From: a virus
Length of the DNA stretch: 64,000 bases
IMG/VR virus record: IMGVR_UViG_3300020122_000155
Coordinates: 32,001-96,000 of that record
Strand: one strand, 5' to 3'
Part shown: positions 44,160 through 53,596 of the stretch, piece by piece
How positions within the stretch are numbered: position 1 is the first letter of the stretch
How the letters are laid out: each line of letters starts with the position of its first letter
Made by a program: the position numbers and the translations under genes
Notes under the pieces: model-generated
What the model was told of the DNA's origin: nothing
The model's input: only the letters and a program-made list of their open reading frames with translations
Databases searched by the model: none

Positions 44160-47100
44160 CTAGTTCACCGTGTAGACGACATGAACAACGAAAAACTTTG
44201 CCGTCCCGCCTGGAGTTCCGCTTACGAGTTCAAGATAGTCGCCTGCGTTAAGACCTGTATTTTGTAGTGTAGCGGAGCAGGTCGTCGCACCATTTATGCC
44301 TGTTGTTCCACCCGTATTGGAGCAGGCAATCCCGCCACTAGCCGCCGTTGCAAGGGCCGAGGAGACGATGTTTACTATCGTACCGGCACGGTTTCTACCC
44401 ACAATCACGTTGGGCGTCCCCGCGTCTGCGTTCACGTCCATCTCAACGATGGTCGCTGCGGCGGGGATAAAGCATACACGGGACTGGGGTCCCATCTGGC
44501 CGGAAGTGATTGCACTTCCCGATGTGTCATTGATTGGGATGTCGCAAACCCGGCGCGTATTGACCACGGCCATTTTTGAAGAGGAGACGGCATTGGCCGC
44601 AATCGTTGTCGCAACGCTTCCGCTAGTCGTAACATCTCCTGTGAGATTTCCAACAGCTCCGGTTTGGGTGAAGACGCTCGTAACTGGCGCGCCTGGAATC
44701 CACGCCGCCACATTGGTACTCGTGATCGTCGGAGCGCCCGTCGTTGTACTCCATGTCGCTACCACATCGAGTGCCTGCGTTGCCGTCGTGTCGATGGTCC
44801 AGGTTGAACTGGTCTGCATCGCCGCTTCTCCCGGCGTCAGTGTGGAACCAGTCCCTTCAAAGATACAGTTAGCAATCTGTGTTCCGCTTGCACCAGAGGT
44901 GCGTGTGGTTACCGCACAGCGAAGCCTCCAAACTCCGTTGGTGACAGAAGCGATCTGAACCACTGCGCCCGTCGTAATTCGCGGCGTTCCCCCGATGCTG
45001 AGGGCAATCGTCAGACTGGCCGGGGTCGCAGGAGTCGAGGAGAAGCCCTGCGCCACAAATTCAAGCACCTGCCCCGCCGTGAAGGTGTTCGCGGGAACCG
45101 TGGTCGAACCTGTTACGGTGCCGATCAGCGTGGTAGGGCTTGTGGCCGTTACGGTCGTGGAGTTCGTAGTCGAAAACAGGGTTGCGCCTGCCGTACCGCT
45201 TCCGCCCGATCCGCAAGCTGCTCCCGCTGTATCCAACTTGTAGTTTGACCCGCTCACAGTCCATTTCGCGCAATCGCCATTCCCAGGGGTGACTGTGAAC
45301 TGGGGGATTTTTGCATCCGCGCTCGATTGTGCCGCGTGGAGCATGTTATTGGTCGAATCGTAACCGATCCCGCCGTTAACGGCAGTTGTCAATCCAGCAC
45401 CTACTGGAATCTTGAGAGCGCTCGCTGCCGTGGACGCGCTCATGTCTAGAGTCATCGCAGCCGCGCCCGAGTTCGTGGTGTCTTTACGAACTACGTTCGA
45501 TGCTAAGAATCCAGCATCAGCGGGAACGTTGGACGCCCCAAACGAGACGAGATCACCGTTTGTCCCGGAGAATGTTCCGCCGTTTAGCTTAGTGCAAGTC
45601 AACGTGAAGGAACTGCTTGCGCAATCACCACTGAGTTCTGCGGGGGTGGATTGCGTCTCTACGTTCGAGGAATTGGTAACACGGAAGAAACCCGTGCCTG
45701 CAACACCAGCTAGATCTAGCCTATAGGCCGTAACTGAGGTGGGGGCCTCGATAACAATGCTGTTCGCTCCCGGAGTGCTCGCAGTGCCCTGGTTGAATTG
45801 GGTTCCGCCAGCTACGCCAGAACCAGAACCCGTGGTCAAGGTTCCCGGAGTGGAGATGTTCCCGCTGCCGTCCATTGTGGCCGTCGCGGAGGGGGTCTGG
45901 ATGGTCGTAGTTCCCCCGCCCGTCACAAGGGCCGTGCTGGTGAGTGAACCTGCGCCGACTACGGTGACAGTGCCAGAGCCAGTCGGAGTCGCGCACGCAC
46001 CGTCTCCACGTAGGAAAGTGCTACTGGAGCAGGTCCCCGACCACAGCCCATAAACGTCTGACGCCGCCGCGTCCGAGATCGCTCCAGTGGTAGTAGTGTT
46101 CTTGACGATGCCGGTTCCGAGGGTGGCCCAATTTTGATTCGAACTCCCCAAAGTGAGCGTGGCGGTATTTGCAACTCCGGTGCCCCCTTGTCCGGGGGTG
46201 ACAGCGGCATTCGTCGTCAATACCGTTGTCGATGCGTTGGGAAACGTATACGTCTTGGCCGAGGTAGCAGGTCCAGACACGGTGAAGAACGCATTTGCCG
46301 TTCCCCCATTGGCTGTCGGTAGGATGCCGGTCACCTTGGTCGTCAGATCAATAGTGGACGCGGCGATGTCGGCGTTCACTACCGAACCAAAAGCGGGATT
46401 ACCGGCTGCATTCCCATGCAGCAATGTAGTCGTAGTCCCCTGATTGGCGAATTGCGCTCCCGCAAGGGTGAGGGCAGTCCACGCAGCAGTTGTGGCGTTG
46501 CTCAGGAGCACGGTGTTGGCTGCGCCGATACCGAGCCGAGCGAGCGCCGGAGTTGCGTTGACCAGGAGGATGTCTCCTTGGGTAGTGAGAGGCGTATTAG
46601 CCAATGCCAGAGCGCCTGTGATTGTCGCTGCCGTGCCGGATGTGTTACCCGTCACATTGCCAGTCAGGTTTCCGCTGAAAGTGCCCGTGGTCGTTCCGGG
46701 GAGCGTGGGGCTGGTAGGAATTGATAGGGTGATTGCCCCGGTAGAAGCCGATGCTGTAATTTGATTCGCTGTGCCAGTGATAGTAGTTGGAAGTGCCGTA
46801 CAGGTTTCCGAGTTACCGGAAGCATCCACACCTAGGGGGAATTGACCAGCCGAACAATTCGTTCCATTCGCCGCCAAAGCCGTCGCTGTCGTCGCCGCGA
46901 TAGTACCGCTGCCCGACACTGCGAGGGATGCACCTGTACCTACGACCATTGCGGCTGTTGTATTAGTGGAGCCTGTAATGGCTGAGAAAGCATTTGATCC
47001 GCCGCCCGCACACGCAGATCCAGTGGCTAGACAGATTGCTCCCGAACCTGATACAGCCGTTCCTAGCGCCGTTGCTACGCCCGTCCCTAGCCCCGAGACT

Positions 47101-48230
47101 CCAGTGCTGATTGGCAATCCAGTGCCATTTGCCAGAGTAATCGTAGGTGCCGTTCCGAAGACCAAGGCCCCGGTTCCTGTTTCGTCCGTAACTGCCGCTG
47201 CTAGATTTGCGCTTGTCGGTGTCGCAAGGAAGGTACCTATCCCGGTTCCCATCCCTGATATGCCACTAACCGGCACAGCCGTAGCCGTGATTGCTCCGCT
47301 GCCAGTAGCGGCAAGGGACGCCCCGGTTCCGACCACCATTGCCGCCGTGGTGTTCGTAGAACTGGTAAGCGCGGAAAACGCACCCCCCGAATACTGGGGG
47401 ATATTCAGCGTGTTGGTGGCCTGGGTCCAGGTAGCTGCCCCACTAGAACCCGTTGTCGTCAGCGTAATTGGCAATTTTGTAAGATTAGAAGCATCTCCGC
47501 TTACTGGAGTTCCGAGCGCCGGAGCGATGAGGGTAGGCCCATTTGCAAAGACGAGTGCCCCCGTACCAGTCTCACCGGTTACGCAGGCGGCAAGATTTGC
47601 GCTCGATGGGGTTATCAGCCACGTCACGCAGCCAGTTCCTATCCCGGACACTCCGGTACTGATCGGAAGCCCAGTAAGGAGTGCCGCATCTACGGCTGGT
47701 AGTTGCGCCGATCCATTTAGCTGAACCAGATTGTTCGCGCCTGTTCCGACCGTATACGAGGTTCCCCACGCGGCCCCGGTTGAATTGGCGATGCCAGAGC
47801 CAGGATAAACCGTGGGACCCGCTGGGCCGGTAGCTCCGGCTGGGCCAGTTGCGCCCGCCCCACCGTTGCTATTCACGTTGCAGTAGGCGTTCGAAACGCT
47901 GGATGCGAGCGTGACAGTCAGAGTCGCGATTGGTGTTGCCGCCGTGTAGGTATAGGAAGACACGCCCACCGATGTTTTGGTAGCGCCCGTCCCTGTGTAG
48001 CAGAGTATCTGCGCCGATGTGATCGTGGAAGCGGTAAGATTCAGCGTCGATAATGCTGGAGTCGCTGTTGCATCCACGACTACCGATGTGCCTGGACCGG
48101 CAACTGTGGCAGAAACCACATTGAGCGCCCCGACGCCGACTCCGCCGCCAGACGGAGGCGTAATTGTCTGCGCCCTTAGCGCGAAGGAAAAGGGGATAAT
48201 CAATAGTAAGCGTTTTAGCATAATTGTCAT
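44160..48230 (-). CDS. Signal-peptide tail-fibre protein with a short collagen-like stretch and internal repeats
   Basis: GATGPAGATGPAGP; repeated TPxSANLAA.VT.ETGTGALVF and FSA.T.STNTTAAMVVGTGASLA. Confidence 0.85.
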   Translation of the reverse strand: MTIMLKRLLLIIPFSFALRAQTITPPSGGGVGVGALNVVSATVAGPGTSVVVDATATPALSTLNLTASTITSAQILCYTGTGATKTSVGVSSYTYTAATPIATLTVTLASSVSNAYCNVNSNGGAGATGPAGATGPAGPTVYPGSGIANSTGAAWGTSYTVGTGANNLVQLNGSAQLPAVDAALLTGLPISTGVSGIGTGCVTWLITPSSANLAACVTGETGTGALVFANGPTLIAPALGTPVSGDASNLTKLPITLTTTGSSGAATWTQATNTLNIPQYSGGAFSALTSSTNTTAAMVVGTGASLAATGSGAITATAVPVSGISGMGTGIGTFLATPTSANLAAAVTDETGTGALVFGTAPTITLANGTGLPISTGVSGLGTGVATALGTAVSGSGAICLATGSACAGGGSNAFSAITGSTNTTAAMVVGTGASLAVSGSGTIAATTATALAANGTNCSAGQFPLGVDASGNSETCTALPTTITGTANQITASASTGAITLSIPTSPTLPGTTTGTFSGNLTGNVTGNTSGTAATITGALALANTPLTTQGDILLVNATPALARLGIGAANTVLLSNATTAAWTALTLAGAQFANQGTTTTLLHGNAAGNPAFGSVVNADIAASTIDLTTKVTGILPTANGGTANAFFTVSGPATSAKTYTFPNASTTVLTTNAAVTPGQGGTGVANTATLTLGSSNQNWATLGTGIVKNTTTTGAISDAAASDVYGLWSGTCSSSTFLRGDGACATPTGSGTVTVVGAGSLTSTALVTGGGTTTIQTPSATATMDGSGNISTPGTLTTGSGSGVAGGTQFNQGTASTPGANSIVIEAPTSVTAYRLDLAGVAGTGFFRVTNSSNVETQSTPAELSGDCASSSFTLTCTKLNGGTFSGTNGDLVSFGASNVPADAGFLASNVVRKDTTNSGAAAMTLDMSASTAASALKIPVGAGLTTAVNGGIGYDSTNNMLHAAQSSADAKIPQFTVTPGNGDCAKWTVSGSNYKLDTAGAACGSGGSGTAGATLFSTTNSTTVTATSPTTLIGTVTGSTTVPANTFTAGQVLEFVAQGFSSTPATPASLTIALSIGGTPRITTGAVVQIASVTNGVWRLRCAVTTRTSGASGTQIANCIFEGTGSTLTPGEAAMQTSSTWTIDTTATQALDVVATWSTTTGAPTITSTNVAAWIPGAPVTSVFTQTGAVGNLTGDVTTSGSVATTIAANAVSSSKMAVVNTRRVCDIPINDTSGSAITSGQMGPQSRVCFIPAAATIVEMDVNADAGTPNVIVGRNRAGTIVNIVSSALATAASGGIACSNTGGTTGINGATTCSATLQNTGLNAGDYLELVSGTPGGTAKFFVVHVVYTVN

Positions 48231-49777
48231 CGGGTTACACTCTTGCCACGAATTGTCACCTTCCCTCTAAGTTGTAGGTTTGCAGATGGAGGTAACGTCC
48301 ACCCCGCGCCCCCATTCCAAAGCGTATCGCGATCAGCCGACGTAGCAGCAACGCTGGCAATCCCGTTTTCGTCGATAATACACAGGCATTGTTGCGCAGC
48401 GCCAACGCCATTCCCGCTGTGTTTGTTGGAACCTACCCAAAAAGGCAACGTAGAGGCGGCTGGGGTCAAGCCACTTAATACATGAGAACAAGATGCCGCT
48501 CCATGATCCAGATCGAGATGCAGAGTTTGGGCTGGCTGATCGAACCACACTATAACGAGATGGAAGCCTGTCGTATCAGTGAAAGGCACCGAGCAGTCTT
48601 GAAAACTGCCCGCATTGTTACCCATCAGGAAAAATAGATTACCTCCGGCGAGTTGCACCAGCCAATCTATATTGGTATTGTTCTGATCGTAGAACCCCTC
48701 TATTGTCTGAGTGGGGCTCGTGTTCTGACTCTTTAACCAGAACCACGCAGTCTTAGAGTTGTTGCCAAACGTAAGATCTGAGGAATTGGGAGCCTGCACG
48801 CTCGAAACCGGCTGATTGTCCCAGGCTGCTACCCCATTATTGGCATATGGTCCCGGAGCCGCGACGAACTGCGCCCCGTTCGCGATTTTAGCCGCGACCG
48901 CCCCCGGTTGCACATTTCGCGCGAAAGTAAAGCTAGTCCCATTGTTCACGGATGCGCTCATGATGGAGGTCGTCGCGTTGAACTGAGAGGCGATAAAGTA
49001 CCACGTCCCCGTGCCGGGGGCCGTTCCAGCACCAATAGGCAATACGCCGTTTGCGTATAGCCCATTGTCATTCCCGAGATCAATATTGAAGTTGTCGCTT
49101 GTCCCTTGGTAGTACAGAATTTCGCCCGTTCGAGGAGTGCCGGAAAGAGTAATCTGACCCCAGATGATCGATTGCCCCCCGGATGGCTTCGTGTGCAAGT
49201 TGACCCAGCATCCGACGCTAAACGTGAAGTTCCCGCTCTGTAAATCAGCCGTGGGCGGATTGGCTTCAAGAAATGCGCCGGGTGTTAGCTGAGTGCCATT
49301 GCCGACCCCGAGCGGCCCAGTTACCTGCGTCGTAGTGCCGGATCGCGTGAGTGTGTTTCCCCGGCCCGTTGCATCGGCATACGTTGCAGAGTTGCTGGAT
49401 TCGTTAAGCAGAAAATAAGCTACGGCATCCTGCAAACTGGTAGTGGTAGAGAATGGCCACTTTTCACCCCCGGCGAGCGCTGCGAGTTCGGTTGGTGTGA
49501 ACGCCCGATTCCACTTGCCACAATTGGCCAAGCTACCGTCGAGGTTTTGGGAGACGCCGCCCGAGTTGGCTCCAAGCCGGAAGGGAAGAGTGGAAGCAAC
49601 CGCCCGCTGATCTGGATTCACCGTCAGCGTATGCCCGCGTCCCGTAGAGTCGGCATACGTATTCAGGACAGCTAGGCTTGCCGGAGCGGATTCATCATAC
49701 TTCCAATAGGCGGTGATATTCGATGTAATTTGTGCAAACATCGGCACAGCCAATAGGAAGGTTATTAGACGTTTCAT
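48227..49777 (-). CDS. Signal-peptide LamG/concanavalin-like protein
   Basis: AYWKYDE / AYFLLNE..ADATGRGNTLT repeats; W.N, GTWY, IDE motifs. Confidence 0.8.
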   Translation of the reverse strand: MKRLITFLLAVPMFAQITSNITAYWKYDESAPASLAVLNTYADSTGRGHTLTVNPDQRAVASTLPFRLGANSGGVSQNLDGSLANCGKWNRAFTPTELAALAGGEKWPFSTTTSLQDAVAYFLLNESSNSATYADATGRGNTLTRSGTTTQVTGPLGVGNGTQLTPGAFLEANPPTADLQSGNFTFSVGCWVNLHTKPSGGQSIIWGQITLSGTPRTGEILYYQGTSDNFNIDLGNDNGLYANGVLPIGAGTAPGTGTWYFIASQFNATTSIMSASVNNGTSFTFARNVQPGAVAAKIANGAQFVAAPGPYANNGVAAWDNQPVSSVQAPNSSDLTFGNNSKTAWFWLKSQNTSPTQTIEGFYDQNNTNIDWLVQLAGGNLFFLMGNNAGSFQDCSVPFTDTTGFHLVIVWFDQPAQTLHLDLDHGAASCSHVLSGLTPAASTLPFWVGSNKHSGNGVGAAQQCLCIIDENGIASVAATSADRDTLWNGGAGWTLPPSANLQLRGKVTIRGKSVTR

Positions 49778-49781
49778 TTGT

Positions 49782-51317
49782 TTATGGAGTTGAAGTTACT
49801 AGCAACATCCGATTTGAGACCGTTTCGGTGCCCGATGCGAACAAGCAATGTTGCACCTTGATGGTATGGCTACCAGAGGCTAGGCTAGCCGCATACGTAG
49901 ACTGACAAGCGGTAATGAAGTTGGCGTTGTTTTGGTCGCACTTTGTCAAAGTAGCCGAAACCAGGGAGCCATCCACGTTGAACTGGTTTTGCACTTCCGC
50001 GCCATTCTGATTTACCGAGAAAGAATAAAGGAATTGCGCCGCGATATTGGTAGTAGCTGAAAGCGTAAAGGTAACGCTATCTGGTGTGGTCAGGTCCACA
50101 AATGCCGTGCCACATAATGACGTGGTGGTCTGAGCCGTGGACACCCGTGAGACGCCGACCGGACCAAAGCCGCCGCCGCCGCCGCCCGTACCGGGATTGT
50201 TCACACTTGCAAAATAGTTTGTACCATCTGAAACCACGTAGGAATCCGAGGGAGCCGTAGCCGACGCCGCGTTTAGGGTCAGGCTTGCGGTTCCCCCATT
50301 GATATTCTGCCCGCTTCGCGCGATGGTGACGACGCCGCTACCGTAATTAACAACTTTAATGCACTGCCCTGAAGCCGGTTGAGAACCGGACGCCACCAAC
50401 GTAACCGTGAACGTCCCCGATGCTATGGTGATCGTTTTGCAACCAACAAAATCCGCCGCGAGTACCTGATAAGTGCCCGTTTGGGCATTAGGGGCAAATA
50501 ATACTACGGCACCGGTAGCCGTGTTCACGCTAGTAACAGGAGTTGCACCGCCAGAGACGGGCGTACATGTAAGCACATGAGAAACGTAGGTTAGGGCATG
50601 AGCGCCATCACCCGCACATGCTGGAACCGCCTGCGTACCCGGAACCGCCGTTCCCGCCGTGAAGTTGCCAAAGATATTATCCGCCGAAATACTGGCCAAG
50701 CCACCAGCGGGCAACCCAGTGCCCAATGACAAATCAATCGTCGGAGCCGTGGCCCTCACCACATTTCCGGTACCCGTAAATCCCACTTGTGTAAGCGCCA
50801 CGGTATTCCCCGTGGCTGTGCCCAATACGAATCCAGTAGCCGCCACGGATGGCCCTACCCACTGAAACGAAGTAGCAATGGAAGCATTCGCATAGATCGA
50901 CCAAGCGTTTGCTGGGAACGTCCCCGGACCGGTGCCCTGAACCATATCTATTGCACCAGCCGCGCTACTTCCGACACCGCTACTAAGCGAACTAGGGCAC
51001 GCGAATGCACCAGCCGTAAAAGTGCATCCCGTAAAGAAATTGGTCGTCGCCACACTCGAAGAGGCGTCACCGGGAGAAGGCGTAGGGGCCTTCAGCGTGG
51101 TCAACCCGGAAAGATCGATCAAGTTGAGACCTAAATTTACCACTGTATTAGCCACGCTTCCAATGGTGGTGCTCCCCGTATAGACGGCCAACTGTGTTAC
51201 CGTTCCTGGCGAAACCGTACCACTCCCGCTTCCGCTCCCGCCAGATGGCGGCGTAATCCTCTGCGCGCGCAAGGCGACAACAAACACGAGCAGCGGTAAA
51301 AGTTTTAAGATTTTCAT
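49782..51317 (-). CDS. Signal-peptide tail-fibre protein
   Basis: APTPSPGD.S..VATT.F and VTSVN..TGAV.L fibre motifs. Confidence 0.8.
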   Translation of the reverse strand: MKILKLLPLLVFVVALRAQRITPPSGGSGSGSGTVSPGTVTQLAVYTGSTTIGSVANTVVNLGLNLIDLSGLTTLKAPTPSPGDASSSVATTNFFTGCTFTAGAFACPSSLSSGVGSSAAGAIDMVQGTGPGTFPANAWSIYANASIATSFQWVGPSVAATGFVLGTATGNTVALTQVGFTGTGNVVRATAPTIDLSLGTGLPAGGLASISADNIFGNFTAGTAVPGTQAVPACAGDGAHALTYVSHVLTCTPVSGGATPVTSVNTATGAVVLFAPNAQTGTYQVLAADFVGCKTITIASGTFTVTLVASGSQPASGQCIKVVNYGSGVVTIARSGQNINGGTASLTLNAASATAPSDSYVVSDGTNYFASVNNPGTGGGGGGFGPVGVSRVSTAQTTTSLCGTAFVDLTTPDSVTFTLSATTNIAAQFLYSFSVNQNGAEVQNQFNVDGSLVSATLTKCDQNNANFITACQSTYAASLASGSHTIKVQHCLFASGTETVSNRMLLVTSTP

Positions 51318-51319
51318 TA

Positions 51320-51796
51320 TTACTTGTCTTCGATCTTGACGGCCTCTGTTTTCGCCACGGCATCCGTTGGATGCTTGGGGGTCGCCGGTAGAATTTCCGT
51401 CGAAGTTGATGCGGATGCGGTCTTGCGCAACACAGCACCAGTTACTAGCGTTAAGAACGCTCCCTCCAGGTTGTTGATTAGACCATTCACAAACTGCAAC
51501 TGCGTGGTATCGCCGCCGTGATGAAGGATATGCAGGTTATAGGACAGCAGCAACGCCCACACGAAGACCACCAAGTATTTGTCGGAACTATCGCGGAACC
51601 ACATTCCCCAGAGCGGTTCACTCGGCTTGCTCACTATGACCGTGGAACTCGTTGGCGCTGCCGATAAGGGCGATGCTGGCAGAGCCGGTGGAGTTTTTCG
51701 TCGAAAACAGATGATCCACCACGCCAAAAAAGCGACCAACAAAACCGCCTGTAGCCACTTAGCTACCCATTCGTACTCTTTAAAAAAGTTCATCAT
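51320..51796 (-). CDS. Holin-like membrane protein (3 TM)
   Basis: Three hydrophobic segments, charged C terminus, close to the endolysin gene. Confidence 0.55.
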   Translation of the reverse strand: MMNFFKEYEWVAKWLQAVLLVAFLAWWIICFRRKTPPALPASPLSAAPTSSTVIVSKPSEPLWGMWFRDSSDKYLVVFVWALLLSYNLHILHHGGDTTQLQFVNGLINNLEGAFLTLVTGAVLRKTASASTSTEILPATPKHPTDAVAKTEAVKIEDK

Positions 51797-51840
51797 AGAG
51801 TAATTAGCTCGCGCTCTCGGACGGTGCCATTGTTTTCATT

Positions 51841-51869
51841 TTGATTTTGGTCCCTTTCGTGCTTACAAT
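51841..51869 (+). promoter_or_regulatory. Promoter TTGATT-17-TACAAT for the antisense membrane gene
   Basis: Hexamers 9 nt upstream of ATG 51879. Confidence 0.65.
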
Positions 51870-51878
51870 CCTAGACAG

Positions 51879-52556
51879 ATGCCAACGCTTAGCCTGTCTG
51901 TTCTGCCGCTGATTTTTTCGCAGTTGACGATAGCGCTCCTGTTCCGCGCAATTCGTTGGAACATACCAATAATCGGCTATCCCGCCTTTTTTGTTATGAT
52001 TGCGTTCTTGGCGCTGCGATCCGTGGCATGGTTTGTCGCCCCATATTCGATCATCACCGATTTGTGGACGTGGTTCCCGATGGTGCAACTATTGGTAGTT
52101 CAGGAATCACTTTGGCAGACGGCTCCGTGGATTCTGGAGCTTGAAGCGCGCCCCTACATCTATACTTTTTGCTGGGCGGTCGGTGCTTTTTTCTCGTTCC
52201 TTGTCGCGGACTATGGCTGGCACTGCCGGATCGAAATGGCGATGACCATGGCTCTCGTGGCGAGCTTGCTCTTGCTGCTTGTCACGGGAGGGCACCACCT
52301 TACGAGCGACCGTTTCATCTGGCACCAGACGTTTTTGATCATGTACACCGCCGCGTGCATGATGCCGAACCTCATTCCAAACTGGTTCGACAGCACGGCG
52401 CTAACGCAGATGATCCAGATCGTTAGCCTTGTCGGTTTCCACTGGAATCTCGAAGTTTTTGAACGATCCGATCTTCGATGTCCTCTAACTCGTTTCGATG
52501 CTCCAGCCCGGAAATCCGTTGTCTTACCTGTTCGAGTTGCGACCCAACACGATTGA
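51879..52556 (+). CDS. Polytopic (about 7 TM) membrane protein, antisense within the lysis region
   Basis: Alternating hydrophobic helices; has its own promoter. Confidence 0.75.
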   Translation: MPTLSLSVLPLIFSQLTIALLFRAIRWNIPIIGYPAFFVMIAFLALRSVAWFVAPYSIITDLWTWFPMVQLLVVQESLWQTAPWILELEARPYIYTFCWAVGAFFSFLVADYGWHCRIEMAMTMALVASLLLLLVTGGHHLTSDRFIWHQTFLIMYTAACMMPNLIPNWFDSTALTQMIQIVSLVGFHWNLEVFERSDLRCPLTRFDAPARKSVVLPVRVATQHD

Positions 52557-52758
52557 ATCCAGCTTTCGTTTCCTGAGAGTGCTTCTCTAGCGACTCCTGA
52601 ATCTGCCGGAGTCGGCTCTTGCGGTAAAAGTTGAGTTTCAGGAAGCTGAGAATCGCAATGACGGCAGCGGATATCGCCCCAACTTTGTCAATATCCGGTG
52701 TCGTGTGGTTTGGATCTGGTGTCACCATTAGCGCATCAACTTCCTGTGGAGTCATCAA
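52423..52758 (-). CDS. One-TM plus coiled-coil protein (holin-like)
   Basis: TM segment followed by a heptad region; AAGGAG SD. Confidence 0.55.
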   Translation of the reverse strand: MMTPQEVDALMVTPDPNHTTPDIDKVGAISAAVIAILSFLKLNFYRKSRLRQIQESLEKHSQETKAGFNRVGSQLEQVRQRISGLEHRNELEDIEDRIVQKLRDSSGNRQG

Positions 52759-52765
52759 TCTCCTT

Positions 52766-52936
52766 TCACTTCGCGAACAGCTTGTGACTGAGGACCGTCG
52801 CCACCAGCGTCTTGATGTCCGCTGGCGTCAATTGCATATTCGCCTCGTCAAGAAGTGCGAGGATGCCTTTCGTGATTCTTGCGGATGCTCCGTCTCCGCC
52901 TGGACCTCCAGGGGGGATCGGTGGGGGTGATGCCAT
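52766..52936 (-). CDS. Small hypothetical protein
   Basis: Manual translation MASPPPIPPGGPGGDGASARITKGILALLDEAN...; AAGGAG SD. Confidence 0.5.
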   Translation of the reverse strand: MASPPPIPPGGPGGDGASARITKGILALLDEANMQLTPADIKTLVATVLSHKLFAK

Positions 52937-53379
52937 TATGTATCTCCTTTTTTGTTGAAATCGGGCAGTACTGCGACTACGGTCATCTTCGTTTCGCCAT
53001 CGGCGACGCGGCGACCGATGGCCGCGAGGTCAGCGTAAGACTTGAACGTTATGCAGCCATCCGAACTTGCATTCGTGCCATCCGGTGCAACGTGATTTAG
53101 ATTGCGAAGATGGAGAAAAAATCCGCCTCGTGGCGGCTCGCCCATATTGTTCGCAGGATCGGGTGTGAGCACGCATCCCAGGCTATGCACGGCGGGTTGC
53201 AGCTTGAGCGGACCAATTGTATAGACTCCTTGCGGCAAAGGCCCACGGTCGTGGATGAACTGGGACGCCGGATTGTTCATATCCTCGCCGATAAGATTGT
53301 TCCCGGCGAGGCATCCAGTCACGAGAATAACCCCATTATCGTCCGTCCAGACGCCGGTTGGCTGTTCGTAAAACATCAT
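52936..53379 (-). CDS. Tlde1/DUF2778-type L,D-transpeptidase-fold peptidoglycan enzyme (probable endolysin)
   Basis: GPLPQGVYTIG...L.PDP.N.M..RGGFFLH...SSDGCI. Confidence 0.8.
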   Translation of the reverse strand: MMFYEQPTGVWTDDNGVILVTGCLAGNNLIGEDMNNPASQFIHDRGPLPQGVYTIGPLKLQPAVHSLGCVLTPDPANNMGEPPRGGFFLHLRNLNHVAPDGTNASSDGCITFKSYADLAAIGRRVADGETKMTVVAVLPDFNKKGDT

Positions 53380-53582
53380 AGCTGCTTTTCTGTTTCTGCC
53401 CGCGCTAGCGCCGCAGCGACTTTCTCGCGATGCGTCTTCGACCGTAAATGCGAGAGCACCGACTGATGACCAAGCGTTATGAATTTCGGCCCACCGCAGT
53501 CCTTACAGCGTAGAATGTCAGGGGCGACTCGTGTGAAGTGTGCGGCGACTAGCTCCGCGAAGTTGCGAACTAAGATTGCCAT
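53376..53582 (-). CDS. Small C2H2-like Zn-finger protein
   Basis: CKDC...SHLRSKTH. Confidence 0.6.
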   Translation of the reverse strand: MAILVRNFAELVAAHFTRVAPDILRCKDCGGPKFITLGHQSVLSHLRSKTHREKVAAALARAETEKQL

Positions 53583-53596
53583 TCAAGGCATTATAG

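Noticed and set aside
44160-48230. CRISPR array or DGR template/variable repeats
   Set aside because: The repeats are degenerate protein-level fibre repeats; no identical spaced repeats and no reverse transcriptase seen
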